Shown here: in pieces, positions 22,377 to 34,691 of the stretch
Numbering within the stretch: position 1 is the stretch's first letter
How the letters are laid out: the number at the start of each line of letters is the position of its first letter
Assembly (NCBI GenBank): GCA_040143965.1
Contig: JASJQH010006940.1
Coordinates: forward strand, 1 to 35,382
Source of the DNA: Basidiobolus ranarum
Taxonomy: Eukaryota
DNA length: 35,382 nt
Direction of reading: 5' to 3'
Made by a program: the position numbers and the translations under genes
Notes under the pieces: generated by a model
Databases searched by the model: none
What the model was told of the DNA's origin: nothing
The model's input: the letters and a program-made list of their open reading frames with translations, nothing else

Positions 22377-25300
22377 ATGGTGTCTGATGTCGAGAAGACC
22401 TTCAACCTACTTGGTCAAAAAAGACTGCCAGAATCCGTATGTTTTCTTTCATGGTGCCCAACAATGGATTTGATTGCGCTTATTACCTATACTAGTGAGA
22501 TTTCTCTATGGCGTTTATCCTGGCAGAAAGTTTGGTCTATACCACATACAGGAGGGAATAAACCAACTGCACTGACTTGGCGTCCGGATGGTAACCTTTT
22601 CTTCTTTTTATTTGTGAATTCCTTTTGGATAAAAATATTCATGAGAGTCTATGCATATCAGGAAAAGTTTTGGCTGTTGGTTACTCTAATAGTGAAGTGA
22701 TACTATACGATGTGAGTTCAGCTCAGATCGCTCACAAAATCCAACTCTTCAACTCAGAAAATTCAAAGAATCCCATTTCTTTTCTGTATTGGGCTGAGGA
22801 AGCAGGAAATTCTCAAGTCAATCAGGTAAGTGAGCATTTTATGTCGAGCATAGGCATTGTATTAAACTCCTTTTATTCGATAGCGTTCGTCTAAAAATCA
22901 TTCCCATAGTGTAAAGCATTTACCGTTGTTAAGCACTATTCCGCATAATCGATCAAGGTAATTCTTTCAATTGAACGCAGAAATTTGATCAATAGTAATA
23001 ACCTCTTTCTTCAACGTTAGTATATTTGCCACTAAACCAAAGGATACTGCATTAGATGTGTTTGATGAATCTGAACAGGATAACGATACCATGAATTTAT
23101 TAATAGCAGCAGATGATTTCGGAAATATTTACACTAGGTATTAGCTGATGATCTGCATGGTTCTTCTAAATTTCTACTAACTAAACTGGGATGATTTAGT
23201 GTGTATGGTGTATTTGACCTTGGGTTCAAAACTGTCCAGAAACATGACGTGACCAAGCATAAGGTACTTTCGCCTGGTTTCTCTATTGATCGCTTGCTCT
23301 TTCCTCACATTATTGCTAGAAATTTCGTGTAATCGATGGTTGTGCTTCTCATGATCTCTCCATGTTTACCTTGCTTTGTTCAAGTTTATCCAATCCTAAC
23401 GAAGAAGAGACCAAAATGGGAGCCACGTTTTCCATCTCTTTCGATACTGGGCTCTTACACTCAAGAAAGGCGGAAATTCGCTCATTATCATCAATTTCCA
23501 CCAAAGTGAATTTCTTGCTTAATTATATTCAGCAAAGTATTAAGGGGATGGAGGAGGAGTATCTTGGAGTCACCAATCTATCGAAAAAATACTTGGAGCG
23601 TTTGGAACAAATAATGATAGATCAAGGAGGTTGGTCATATTCTCATGGTAATCAAAGAATGAGATACTGAGTTTCTTTACGTTATAGTGGACTCCAACCC
23701 AGTCACCGAGTTTGCTAATATGCTAGCAAGAGGATCTCCCAGCGTTTGTCTAAATCAATTTATGCAGCAAGATCTCACGGAAAAGGTAACTCTATTTAGA
23801 CTCACGTTTCTTCTCGGAAGATACTTTTTCTAACTAGTTCATGTTGAAATTAGGGATTGAGAAAATGGGAGAAAACTACTGAAAATGGATTTGTTGGGAT
23901 TCGAAATTTCGCTCACGAATACGTTCAACCTGCTTGTATACGATTGATTTTATATTTGGACGAAATAGCTGGACTGAGTAGATGGTATTGAATCCTTCCA
24001 TTGACGAATCAGTAATATCGTTGCCATCATCGTTGTTGACATCTATTTTTAAAGGGAAGAGCGATACCAAAGTATTGGTCTTGACGAAGAAACTGTACAT
24101 TCATGTGTTATGTTGATTGGAAGTTTTATCGGTAGATTGGAGGAATTGCTGTTAACTATCGATGCAGAGCTAAAGAAATTCCAGAATTTCACTAAATGGT
24201 TGCAAAATGGTACATTTTCACGTTACCATCTGAAAAAGATGACCCATTTACTTAAAAAGAAAGCGTCTATTATTTAGTATTACAGAAGATCATGCCAACT
24301 GAAGAACCCATTCCAATCCGATATCTACCTGTGGATATCTTGAAGGTGGCCGAGTTTTTGCAGACCTCGTTAACTCAGGATTGTTTGGCGGGATTCTTTT
24401 CGAAAATGAAGAAGAGCGATATGAATTGGTATTTGATGGAACTAGAGAAGCGTAGCAATATGAAGAAATCTGGAAGTTGCCTTTACCCGCATAATTTCAC
24501 CTTTCCCAAGGAGATATTGAATGATTGCGATATACCCTTTGTTAGTATTCGTGACTTCTTCCAAGAGCTAGATGGTCGCTGCAAACAGCTTCTGGATGTC
24601 CCCGCCAAATTGATAGGAAATACTTTCCAACAGATTCAATCCACTTCCTTAAAATCCAGATCCATAGATTGCTGCTCCATTACAGAGTTTGGCAAACAGG
24701 AGCAAAACTCTCATCTACTGATGTCCACCAGAGCAATCCATAAGGTAAGATTTCAGGGGAACGGTATGATTGATTCTAGAATATTCATTGATTCTAATCG
24801 ATATCGTGTTATACAGGAGAAGGAGACATACGAATATGTTGCGCTTCATTCATTGCCGAATGATGAAGATGCCGAATCAATTGGTAGGTGATGTTCGAGA
24901 AAATCTTTGGAATGCATCTAATCTTTGGAATGCATCTAATGTTTGGAATACATCTAATCTTTATTTCTCCTAGTTTGGATAATACGTACCAAATATTCGA
25001 TTCAGTCATACGAACTGACACAGCTGAGAGAAGTGGTTGGATTATGTTTAGAAGAGCCAGGAGTTTCACTGGTGGATATGGAATTTTTCGATGATCAGTC
25101 TCTGGCTGTACTGATGCAGAAACGAGAAGAAGATGGTAATTATCACCTTTAGTGTACATTTATTTAACGGGTAGACATCCATGGTTGGGTTAGACTTGGT
25201 TTACACCGGACAGATGGATCCATTTCACTCAACATATTGAATTCGATTTAGAAACATCATCATGCTACTTGGGACTTGTGGAGTTCCGAGAATTGGAATT

Positions 25301-25611
25301 CTCAGATGGATCGCAATCATTGAGTGACTTGTCTTTGTTGGAGTTTTGCAAGGTAATTGATATTAATCATTAACTTCATATGCATACAATACGTATTGAT
25401 CGAACTTCATCTCTAGGAGAATATCCCCTTGAAAAGCTTTGTTCCTCATAGAATGAGAAATTTGAAGTTGAATCAAACCAATGGTATTGTTGTTAATGGC
25501 AGAGAGTCTAGAAGAGTCATCGGTGTACTCTCTTCCGAACAAAAAGATATCTGCGTCTTTGATATCGATAATGATGAAGATGACTCGGAAGATGAAGACG
25601 AAGAGGAGTAA
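22377..25611 (+). CDS. APC4: Anaphase-promoting complex subunit 4; about 14 exons
   Basis: N-terminal WD40 SWCPTMDLIAL...LWRLSWQKVW...LTWRPDG|KVLAVG; helical region GLRKWEK, LAGLSRW, FQNFTKWL; C-terminal MEFFDD, VNGRESRRVIGVL..ICVFD and an acidic tail. Thirteen GT-AG introns maintain the frame. Confidence 0.9.
24902..24962 (+). repeat. 18-bp tandem repeat (~3.4 copies) inside an APC4 intron
   Basis: AATCTTTGGAATGCATCT x2, then AATGTTTGGAATACATCT, then AATCTTT. Confidence 0.9.
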
Positions 25612-25947
25612 TGGTTCGTACGGGAAGTAAACAAAGTTGCCGATGATGAAGTCACCCCTTACGCCCACGCCCTCACTCACCCATGTTCACATCAATTGTC
25701 CTCATATGATTGTATATAACGGGAGTATAACAAGTATATATACGATATTCACAATGCATCCATTTCAATGTAAATCATAACATCTTATATACATGTACCG
25801 ATGTAATAGACATATTCGTAATTTTAGAAATATAAAGGGAAAAAGCATTCATCAATTAAGAAATTACCAGAAAGAGGAAGATAAATTACATTATAATACG
25901 ACTGCTACTGCTACTGCCACTGCCATGAATATTGCTTACTCGTACAG

Positions 25948-27052
25948 TTATGACAAACTCATTTGACTAAAGGATGTACTGGTACGTTGAATGTTAATCA
26001 ACGAATTCGATCTAACTTGAACTCTAGCTGCTGCATTGGTTGGTGAAATTGCTCGTCTTTTCAGACTGGAATAAGGTTCGAATCTTTCCTCTACTGTTAT
26101 GAACAATTAATAAGATGAAGTCGAGTGAAGAATTGGCTTATGTATAACCCTTACGTTTACGTTTTGTACGTAACCCAGCTGGACTTCTATGTCCTGAGTT
26201 CAATAGATTGTTACTTGAACACGATGTAGAGGAAGATGTGGGAGAAGGTGAGGATGTGATTTCACTATAATAACACTAAGAATTCATGTTAGAGATAACA
26301 TGTTATCCATAAGAATCATCGATATCTTTCATTTACATCGTTTTCTGGATTCAGTCGGGAAGGAAGATAAGTTGGACTCGAAGGTGGATTAAATGTGGTT
26401 GACTCCCAAAATCGCTTCAATAAAGCATAGTCAGTATTTTCATATGGAATATTTCGTTGGCTAGTTTATATATGTATATATACCCCTGAAGTGTCGGTTT
26501 TCTTCTCTATATCTGTATCCGTTTCCATTACTTCTAAAGACGTATCAGACTCGTTCTTTAACAAATGAGTCACTTCATGTTCGTGAGCCATTTCTCTTTC
26601 CGAAGGATAAAATTCTTCCTAAAGAATGAAAATAACCGTAACACAATAAATATCTTCAATAATTCACCAAGATTTAGAACTCTTCGCAAGATAAGATACT
26701 CACTTCTAACACGGAAAACACTCTATTTAGATTTTTCATCTTTGGCTAAAGTATCAATAAAAATCCACTTAATATGATAAATTCAAAAGTGTTTAGGAAG
26801 TGGACTTCTCAAAATCTGTTTCTATACCACTATTGCATTCTTTCTTACAGGAGGATTTCCGGAAGTTATCTTCGTCTCTTTTTCTTGATATAAACTTGGT
26901 AATAAAGAGAACCCGTCTTCTAAACTCTTGATTCTGGAAAGTCTACGTAAGGTATGTCTTGGTGAAGTGTTAGAAGCATTCTTAACGATTGATAAAGTTT
27001 CTTCACTTGAGTTCTCTTCAACCATATTCTCTTTGGGTGTTATGTAAGACAT
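25948..27052 (-). CDS. Uncharacterised ~248-aa S/P-rich protein, possible FAM122/PABIR-like; exons 27052-26828, 26745-26704, 26618-26484, 26414-26337, 26275-26155, 26093-25948
   Basis: Five GT-AG introns join six exons (747 nt) into one open frame: ...RKNAIV|PKMKNLNRVFSVLE|EEFYPSEREMAHEHEVTHLLK...|RFWES...|...SPSPTSS...TKRK|LEERFEPYSSLKRRAISP...FSQMSLS*. Confidence 0.75.
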
Positions 27053-27834
27053 TATTAGCTAGGCAAAGAAACGTCTACAACGGAAACTCAATTAGAGTCA
27101 AATAGATAAGTAAAGAATGGTGAGTTGAATCCAGAAAAAGGGACCAAAATAAGTACTAGATGCTATGGTTATGGTCATGGTTATGGTCATGGTCCTACAT
27201 TCTATCAATATGGCATTTGATATTCCAATAGTTTATACAAGTGAATATGAATAATCATGGAGAATATACTGCACATATCACCCAACCTGCCACACGCCAC
27301 CCACAACCTATTTCAAACAGACCAGCCAATTCCTTAACAAAATATCTTGAATGTCAAACTCCACACGAATCATTCAAACTTGGCGTGTTTCAATTGTATC
27401 GCAAATTAAAGCCTAGGTAGATGCAGTTAGGTTTTATGCCATCCCCAAACATTCATTGTAAGGATGCAGCTAACACTAATGAATATGACTAATGAATATG
27501 CACTCACAACCAATGAAGTTCCAGTTTGGTCCACATTGTTGGAGTGAATTAGGATGAGCGGTAAGAACGGTGGCTTATCTAGATCCAGTGTTTGAACTTA
27601 CAAATGATCGCAAGTGGATTTTATTCCTTTCTTTACATTCACATATATAATGGGTATAATATATATATATACAGGTATATATATATAAAATCGAACTGAT
27701 AAAAAAATAGAAACTCTTGAGTGAGCAGGAGTCCAAAATAACGAATTAGAGATCGGGTAAGAAAATTGTATGGTGCATTGGGGTTGGTGTAGTTGTTCAT
27801 CCCACTCGTACCCACACCACTGGCACCGAGGTGT

Positions 27835-29404
27835 TCAGTCTGTTTTAACTAGTGTTCTCAATCGATCGACTAAGGGTGGGTGAGAGTAATGGTATGTAGA
27901 ATACCAGGAATCCAAGATCAAGTTGGAGCTATCTTGTTTATTCAATCGGACTAACCCGGTTCTCAATGGCTCACCATATCCGTGACGCTTGGAAAACTCA
28001 TCTTCATATACATGGTTAGAAAAATTCATGCAAGACTAGATAACTGACTCAGTACCTGCTTGAAACTCTTGCTTTCGACGCAACGCATTTGTCAAGAATG
28101 TTGCTAAGCCCTCAAATGGGGAAAAGATATACTGAAAAAGCATGAACCCAACCAGCACGGGTTTAGACTCAAATCCGAAAGCGCGATATAAGTTCGAATT
28201 GTTGATGAAATGGCTAAAGACATAGAAGATTCCGAATAGATGGATTTGATGGATGATAAAAAGCTTCGTAACGTGATTGTATTTCCAGTGACCGAGCTCA
28301 TGACCTGCTCACAGAAAAGTTAAGCCATGTAATGGGTGTTATTCACTAATCAATTACTTACACAATATGGCACACACTTCCTCCTTGGTCGTCTCTTGCA
28401 GTGCACTCTCGAAGATCGCAATGTGCTTGTTGGGAGAGAAGCCAAAAAAGTAACTGTATCCATGATGTGCCTTTCCACCCGGCTCGGAAGGTACAACATA
28501 GATTTTACTTAACGGGAATCCAATTCGTCGTGCCAGATTCTCTATATTCCCCTTAAGCTCTTCGTCTTGTAGCGGTTTAAATTCATGAAACAATGGTTGA
28601 ATCAAGGTAGGATACAGGCTGACCATCAGAAATTGAAAGAGCCCACTATCATTGTATGCAAAAGTAAGTTACAGTCTTCCCGCAGATATCAAGCATTCTT
28701 CACTACATACGCAAACATCCAAACATAGAAATAGAATCGGTCGCCACTCCACTGAATAATATACAGGAATGTAGCGATAAGCGGCACCCCCACTGCCCCG
28801 CCAAACAGATAGCCTTTGATCCCACTTATGAAGAAAGAAGCCACGGTCAAGGTCCTAGACCCGTGTCGGGCCTCTATAACAAATGTATTGTACAGGCTAA
28901 ATGGCAAAGCGGTGATGGAGCTAATGCTTGATATTAAAATGAAAAATATGACACTCTGAGCGATCTGTATACGAAGTACTTGTGAGAAACCAACCAGTCA
29001 TGCAATTGCAATTAGACAAGCATACCTCACTTCCGCTTGAATAACCAGCTAGTGTCAGCCATCGACCAGCCAAGTTCCAAAGCCAGGCTAGCAGATTAAA
29101 GTATATTACCGCCGTATTTTGAAGTTGAGAAAGAGCATCCCCCAAAAATAGGAATTTACTTTTATCTATTCCGTAGGCATTAATACGATTGAACTCTTCC
29201 GAAGTGATTAGTTTTGTTAATATTTTTGGTTGCTCTTCGTATTGGAGTTTCCGAAGTTGACGGTAACTATATGGAGACACACAAGTTAGAGATGACTTGG
29301 GGGAAGAGCAGGGATGAAATATGATAGCATTACTTGAGATAAGTAATAAAAATATAGGAGGCGTATGAGAGACCAAGGACGTATTCTTTGTACAAAGATT
29401 CCAT
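27835..29404 (-). CDS. Ste24/ZMPSTE24-like CAAX prenyl protease (peptidase M48), divergent; 6 coding exons
   Basis: MESLYKEYVLGLSYASYIFITYLN|YRQ; LPFSLYNTFVIE; IQPLF..F.PL; spliced EEVCAIL-C|HELGHW (HEXXH); EFQA|D; WYSTYHYSHPPLVDRL. Confidence 0.9.
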
Positions 29405-30324
29405 GTAAACCGAAGCCCAGTAACTTTATACCAAAGGGAGCAAGAGGAAAGCAAAAGGCAAAGCGGTACAATCCTTGCTGAAATTAGTCAAAATTATGCT
29501 ACGAAATTACCAACGTTATCCAACCTACCAGTAGAGCTTTTCTAAGTATGCTGGAAGAAGCAAGGGAATGTTTGTAGTCTTTTGTGACTGACAACAATAA
29601 ACCAGACTACTAATTGAATGAGTCACGTCTAATTTGAAGTACCTAAGCATTGATCATTTTCATCGATTAACCGGGGATAGAAATCAGGAGTATTCGAGAA
29701 CCTCCAAAACTTCAGGAACGTGATACTAACCCTAACCCTAAAAATGATTGTAACTATATGGAATGTATGATTAAAGTTACTTTGATTTAGAGAACATTTC
29801 ATTCACCAAACATTCCATAATATTCCATTCACTACCATACTGTTCAGCTCGCGTCAATGCAGTAATCTCACCAGAGAAAATTCTCTATTTGTCAATGATT
29901 GATTTTAATCCCCGTGATTTGAGCCTGCAAGAGATCTTGATTTTCATGTAACCTAGTAACCTTCAAACCTGAATAGAGACAGAAGTAGGCTGATGATGGC
30001 ATAATGACAAGGAATCCATTAATGACCTGATGTAACACAAATAGGGAACAAAATAACACCCAAAACCTTGGAAATTCGTTTGTTTAATGCACGTATTTAA
30101 ATGGTAATGAACACTAACCACTGGAATAAATGTGACTGATTTATTGGTTTAGATTAAAAGAGGCTTCTCTTTCCGCCACCAGACCATGGAATGCAGAAAA
30201 GGGATTTTGAAAAGTATAATATGGCTGTAATATGGCTGTACTGTTACATTAGGTAAATATCGAAGAGATGTTTCAATAATAAAAATGAAGGGTGTGTTCG
30301 TGATATACATGGTTCAGAAGGAAT

Positions 30325-33300
30325 TTAATGGTGCTGCTGCTCATACTCCTTCAGGTAGACTAACAAGCGTTTCTTGTGAATCATACCTACATACTGCCCG
30401 TGAGATACAACGCATACGTAGCGAACTCCAAGTTTAGAGAAGAGTTCCAGTACCAACTCCATGGAAGAGTTTTCGGAAATAGTTAGTGGAGCCTAAAATA
30501 ATTTCTCAGTTAAATCGACATACACTCATTATGTGACTTCATTGAACTTACCTGGTCCATGTACGCAGTGAGATCATTCAGATGATTCTCAACTTCATCG
30601 AAAGTTTGATTAAAATAACAACGAATGTTGGTGTCCTCTGGCTTGATTTTATCTAGGGCATGCTCAAGTTCGTTACAAGCTATGTAACCAATCAAAAGTT
30701 GCCCATCGAGAACAGGCAAACCACCATCGGGGTAGCCACGGTTGATCATTTTAGTTAATTTTTTACGAAGGTCGCTAGCAGTGTTAGGCTCATTGACATC
30801 AATCACCTGGAGATCATGTTCAGTGATGTCACTGGTTTGCCCAAGACGAATGTACTCGGTCTTGGAATCGAGGTATGGATGACCATTGACTTCAATTAGC
30901 TTGTCATAAATACTTCCTGGGGCTATAGCATCTCCTGTCCATTTGGCTACGAGAATAGATATCATCAATGGCTGTAAGAAAACATCAAAATGTCAGCTCA
31001 TATCTGCGCAAATCACACCGAGTTAACTCTTACCAAGACATAGGTGAGGGTCCCAGTAAGTTCAAACATGATAACAATCAGAGATACGGTCATACGAGTG
31101 ACACCACCCAGACCTGCTGCTGCACCAACGATTGCATAGACTCCAGGATTAATACAAGTGGTGGAATCGACGCAAGAATTGAAGATTGGGAGCGTAGGGT
31201 AAACTCTGATGAAAGAGGTTGGATCAATGAACAAGTGTATCGTGCAGGCAATGATGCGAAAACTACTCACAATTGGAGGTATTGAACGCCAAGTCCAACG
31301 ATACGACCGAAAGAAGCTCCTACTACCATGGATGGAATGAAGATGCCACATGGAACCTGGAAAAGTGCAGATGATTAATGTGACTTGTGTGTGTAGACGA
31401 GTCAATATTCAGTACATACTCTGCATCCAAAGGTGAAGATGGTCAGCACAATCTTGATGAGCAAAGTGTACAGAAGCATTGTTACAACCGGACCGAATTG
31501 CTCAGGTTCGTTGACACAGAGTCCTTCCAAGTCACCATGATGCTCGTCTTGACATTCTTTGAACAAACTTGTAACCAGTTCCCCGGAGCCCATTCTGAAA
31601 TATAAAAGTAGGTTAGAACAATCTGTATAGAAAGGCCTGGAAGAAAATTGTACCTAGTGTAGATGTTCCAATAACTAACGATCGATGTGACCATAACCAA
31701 AGTAAGGACTTCATGAATGGGGTAGTTTTTGAGCTTTGTAGCACGGATCTTTGCCCACCATATATTACATTTTATAAACAATGCTCCGAAAAGTCCCTGA
31801 AAAGGTACCGTGAGATATAGAAATGAGTGGTAGAGCAGGATAAGAAAGACTTACCCCAAAAGTGCCAATGATAAAGAAACAGAAAATTTCGAAGAAATGC
31901 CATTCATGGTCATAGGTAACCTGGAACATTACAATTTTCCCGGTTCTGAATGGATTGATCAACTTGAATGTGTGTCAGTATATGTCGAGTCTGGATGTAG
32001 GTGATCTGAACATACCTTCAAGGTCATTGCGGCTGTAAAGGCACAGAAGAAACTACGAATCATGGTCTTGTTGGGAAAGTAGTAACTGACTTCCTCCAAA
32101 CTAAAAAGGACACCACCGATGGGAGCACCAAAGGCAACAGCAACACCGGCAGCCGAAGAAGCAGATAGGATCTCACGACGTTTACCTTTTAGAGATTCGA
32201 ATTAACATTTTGCGAAAAAGAATAAAACACTATAGCCATCTACCTTCATTCTTGTTGTATTTGTCGAATATACGACTACACACATTACCGATACAGCATG
32301 CGATATGAACCAGGGGTCCTTCCTTACCAGTACTCAATCCTGAGGCAACTGAAAGAGTCTAGATATCATTCATCATTAGTATCGGTTAGAGGATTTATGA
32401 GGATTCTTACTCAAACTTACCAGTCCAACAGTTTTGACGCACAAAGTGCGAAGACCTAAATAGCCACGCATGACGAACCCACTGAGAATTGTCTTTACTT
32501 CAGGTACACCACTGCCTGCTGCGTAATATCTACGAACAGGAGGGGCGTTCTTAGAGTTCTTGGAGGAAATTATAGGCTTTGAATTGAAGAAAATCAACAA
32601 AGCAGAAGAGCCAGCAAACAGAACCTGAGAAGAGTCAACTTTAGTGCATGCATCGGATCGTCATGAAGCAAATTGACTTACAGCAAACAACAAGTATATG
32701 ATGAAGTTGAACCAATAGCTTAAAGTTTCATCTTGAATGTCAGTGATAGAGGACCACTCTTTCCATTCGGGACAATGTTCCTCCTCTATTGAAGTAGGTA
32801 AGTATCTGCATATTACAAATCAATATCCATTAAACAATCACCTGAATCCCAACAGCAAAATGTTTGAGTGTACGAGAAATTTGAGGAACAGAAACCACGT
32901 TTGATATCTGAGAGCCAAAACTCAACACTGGCAATACTGGCAGCAACACAACCACAAACGACACCTTTGAGAAAAGTATGAATTCATCTGACTACGATCA
33001 AGTGGTAAACAACCAAAATAAAAAATTGCCATACCTATAAGCCCCACAAGTATCCAAGCCTTTGCACTGTCCCATGAATTAACAAACCACCCTCTGGCTC
33101 CTTTGATGGAGCGAATTTGACGCAAGCGAACACGTTCTTTGACCGAGTCGTGAATCCAATCTATAGTTATCGATTGATATTGATTTTAGCTCAATAAGGT
33201 CCCCTTTAAACTCATTCAGAATACAGAACTTACCAATAGTTGTATAGTTATCATACCAAACACGAATACCGTTATTTTCCCCCATTAAAGCTTCGTTATC

Positions 33301-33637
33301 TTTATCGTCATAGGTTCCACTTTTGCGTTTTAGCCATTTAGATTGAGCGATATCGCTCATGGAATATCTTCGTTTGAGATTTAGCTTATTTGGAGACCAG
33401 GTTTTACTCCCATCTTTCTTTCGATTATTTCTCGATCTACACCAAAAACGGAATTTTAGAGCGCAAACAGAAATATTTGAAGCACACTTAATATTACTAC
33501 CTTACAGCTTCCTCCGAATACTGCGGCATTGGCCGAGACAAGAGTGAGGTGGATTCATTACTTGCTTCATTCGCCTCTAGGCTGGTTGGCGAAGTACTGG
33601 TAGTTGCCTTGGAGGGATTCGAACTTTGCGATGACAT
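30325..33637 (-). CDS. CLC family Cl-/H+ transporter (Gef1/CLC-3-like) with C-terminal CBS domains; about 15 exons
   Basis: [28 protein letters not shown] (gating Glu), GGVLFSLEE (proton Glu), [29 protein letters not shown] pair ending LFSKLGVRY...KKRLL. Fourteen GT-AG introns. The 5' exon and start (33637) are less certain than the rest. Confidence 0.93.
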
Positions 33638-34036
33638 ACCAAATGTTTATCAATAATATGCCACAGATATTTCCAGTTAGCGGCAGTTAAAAAGAGCGAC
33701 ACAAAGAAGTTAAATAGTACTTTCAGAAATTAGAAACAGTATGAACAAAGGAGGAAATATAATCTAGGGGCAACTAGTCGCAAGTTTATATACATTAGAG
33801 ATGGCGGTAAAAACTAGTCTATCCCGGTTTCACTAATAACTAAATTAGATCCATTGGTTAAAATGACAAGAATGGAAACCTTAATTCAAGCTGAGTCCTC
33901 CGCTTTGATCTTTAATCAAACTACTGCTCTCAAATCCCAAATTATATGTAGCACACATTAGTGCTCGAAGTGACGATATATTAAAAAGAAACGATTCAAG
34001 ATCATATGGAATGAATATATTAGACTATGCTCTATA

Positions 34037-34098
34037 TATATATATTATCCATCCAATTCAACCTTCATATATATACTATCCATTCAATTCAACCTTCA
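34037..34098 (+). repeat. 31-bp tandem duplication with a TATA-like run in each copy
   Basis: TATATATATTATCCATCCAATTCAACCTTCA followed by TATATATACTATCCATTCAATTCAACCTTCA. Confidence 0.85.
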
Positions 34099-34691
34099 AT
34101 TCTACCAAATCCCGAATTGAAAAGGTAAGAACCCCTGACTACTGCATGTTTCGCTCTGTGAGAAACAGAAACAACGTCGAAACAACGACAGATTTGTAAT
34201 CACGTTCACGCAAGCAGTACCCAGACTAGAACATGGCACAAAGTCGAGGGTTTGTATCCAGATCATGTAACCAACCATCAGGCATAGAATATTCGTGAAT
34301 ATATTACAATCCTTTAATTACCCCTGCTTCTGTTTCAATCAGTCTCATGTAAAAGAAACACAAGTTCTTCTACCAAAACTGACACCTGCTCCCACCTATT
34401 CTCCTATTGCAACCTCAATGGTAATCTTGAGTTACTCTGGAGAGAGAGTATTGATGGATAGTATCCGTGGTAGATCGTTATATGCCCACATATCTACTAC
34501 TTCTTTCGTGATTAGTGATACAAGTTGTGATTGTCGATCGTTATTCTTGCTACTCTCCATATCACGATCAGGATCACGATCATGATCCATATATGTCAAA
34601 ACATATTAGCCGTCCGTGAAAACAACATTAGGAGCTCTTCTCTGTATTTTTAACTCTCTGTTGTTCTTGTATTAGTATTCTCATTTTCAAT

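Noticed and set aside
24902-24962. Repeat array as a possible CRISPR
   Set aside because: Contiguous 18-bp units with no unique spacers, inside a eukaryotic intron, and no cas genes.
25175-25183. Possible 9-nt micro-exon in a 116-nt APC4 intron
   Set aside because: Frame-preserving, but it would need a 39-nt upstream intron, shorter than any other here; no other support.
27160-27690. Short repeats: (ATGGTY)n at ~27165, a 13-bp duplication at 27475 and a (TA)n hairpin at ~27660
   Set aside because: Ordinary microsatellite or slippage products with no evidence of function.
34295-34585. 96-aa ORF upstream of GPC1
   Set aside because: Non-ATG start, no motifs, and it lies within the putative leader intron.
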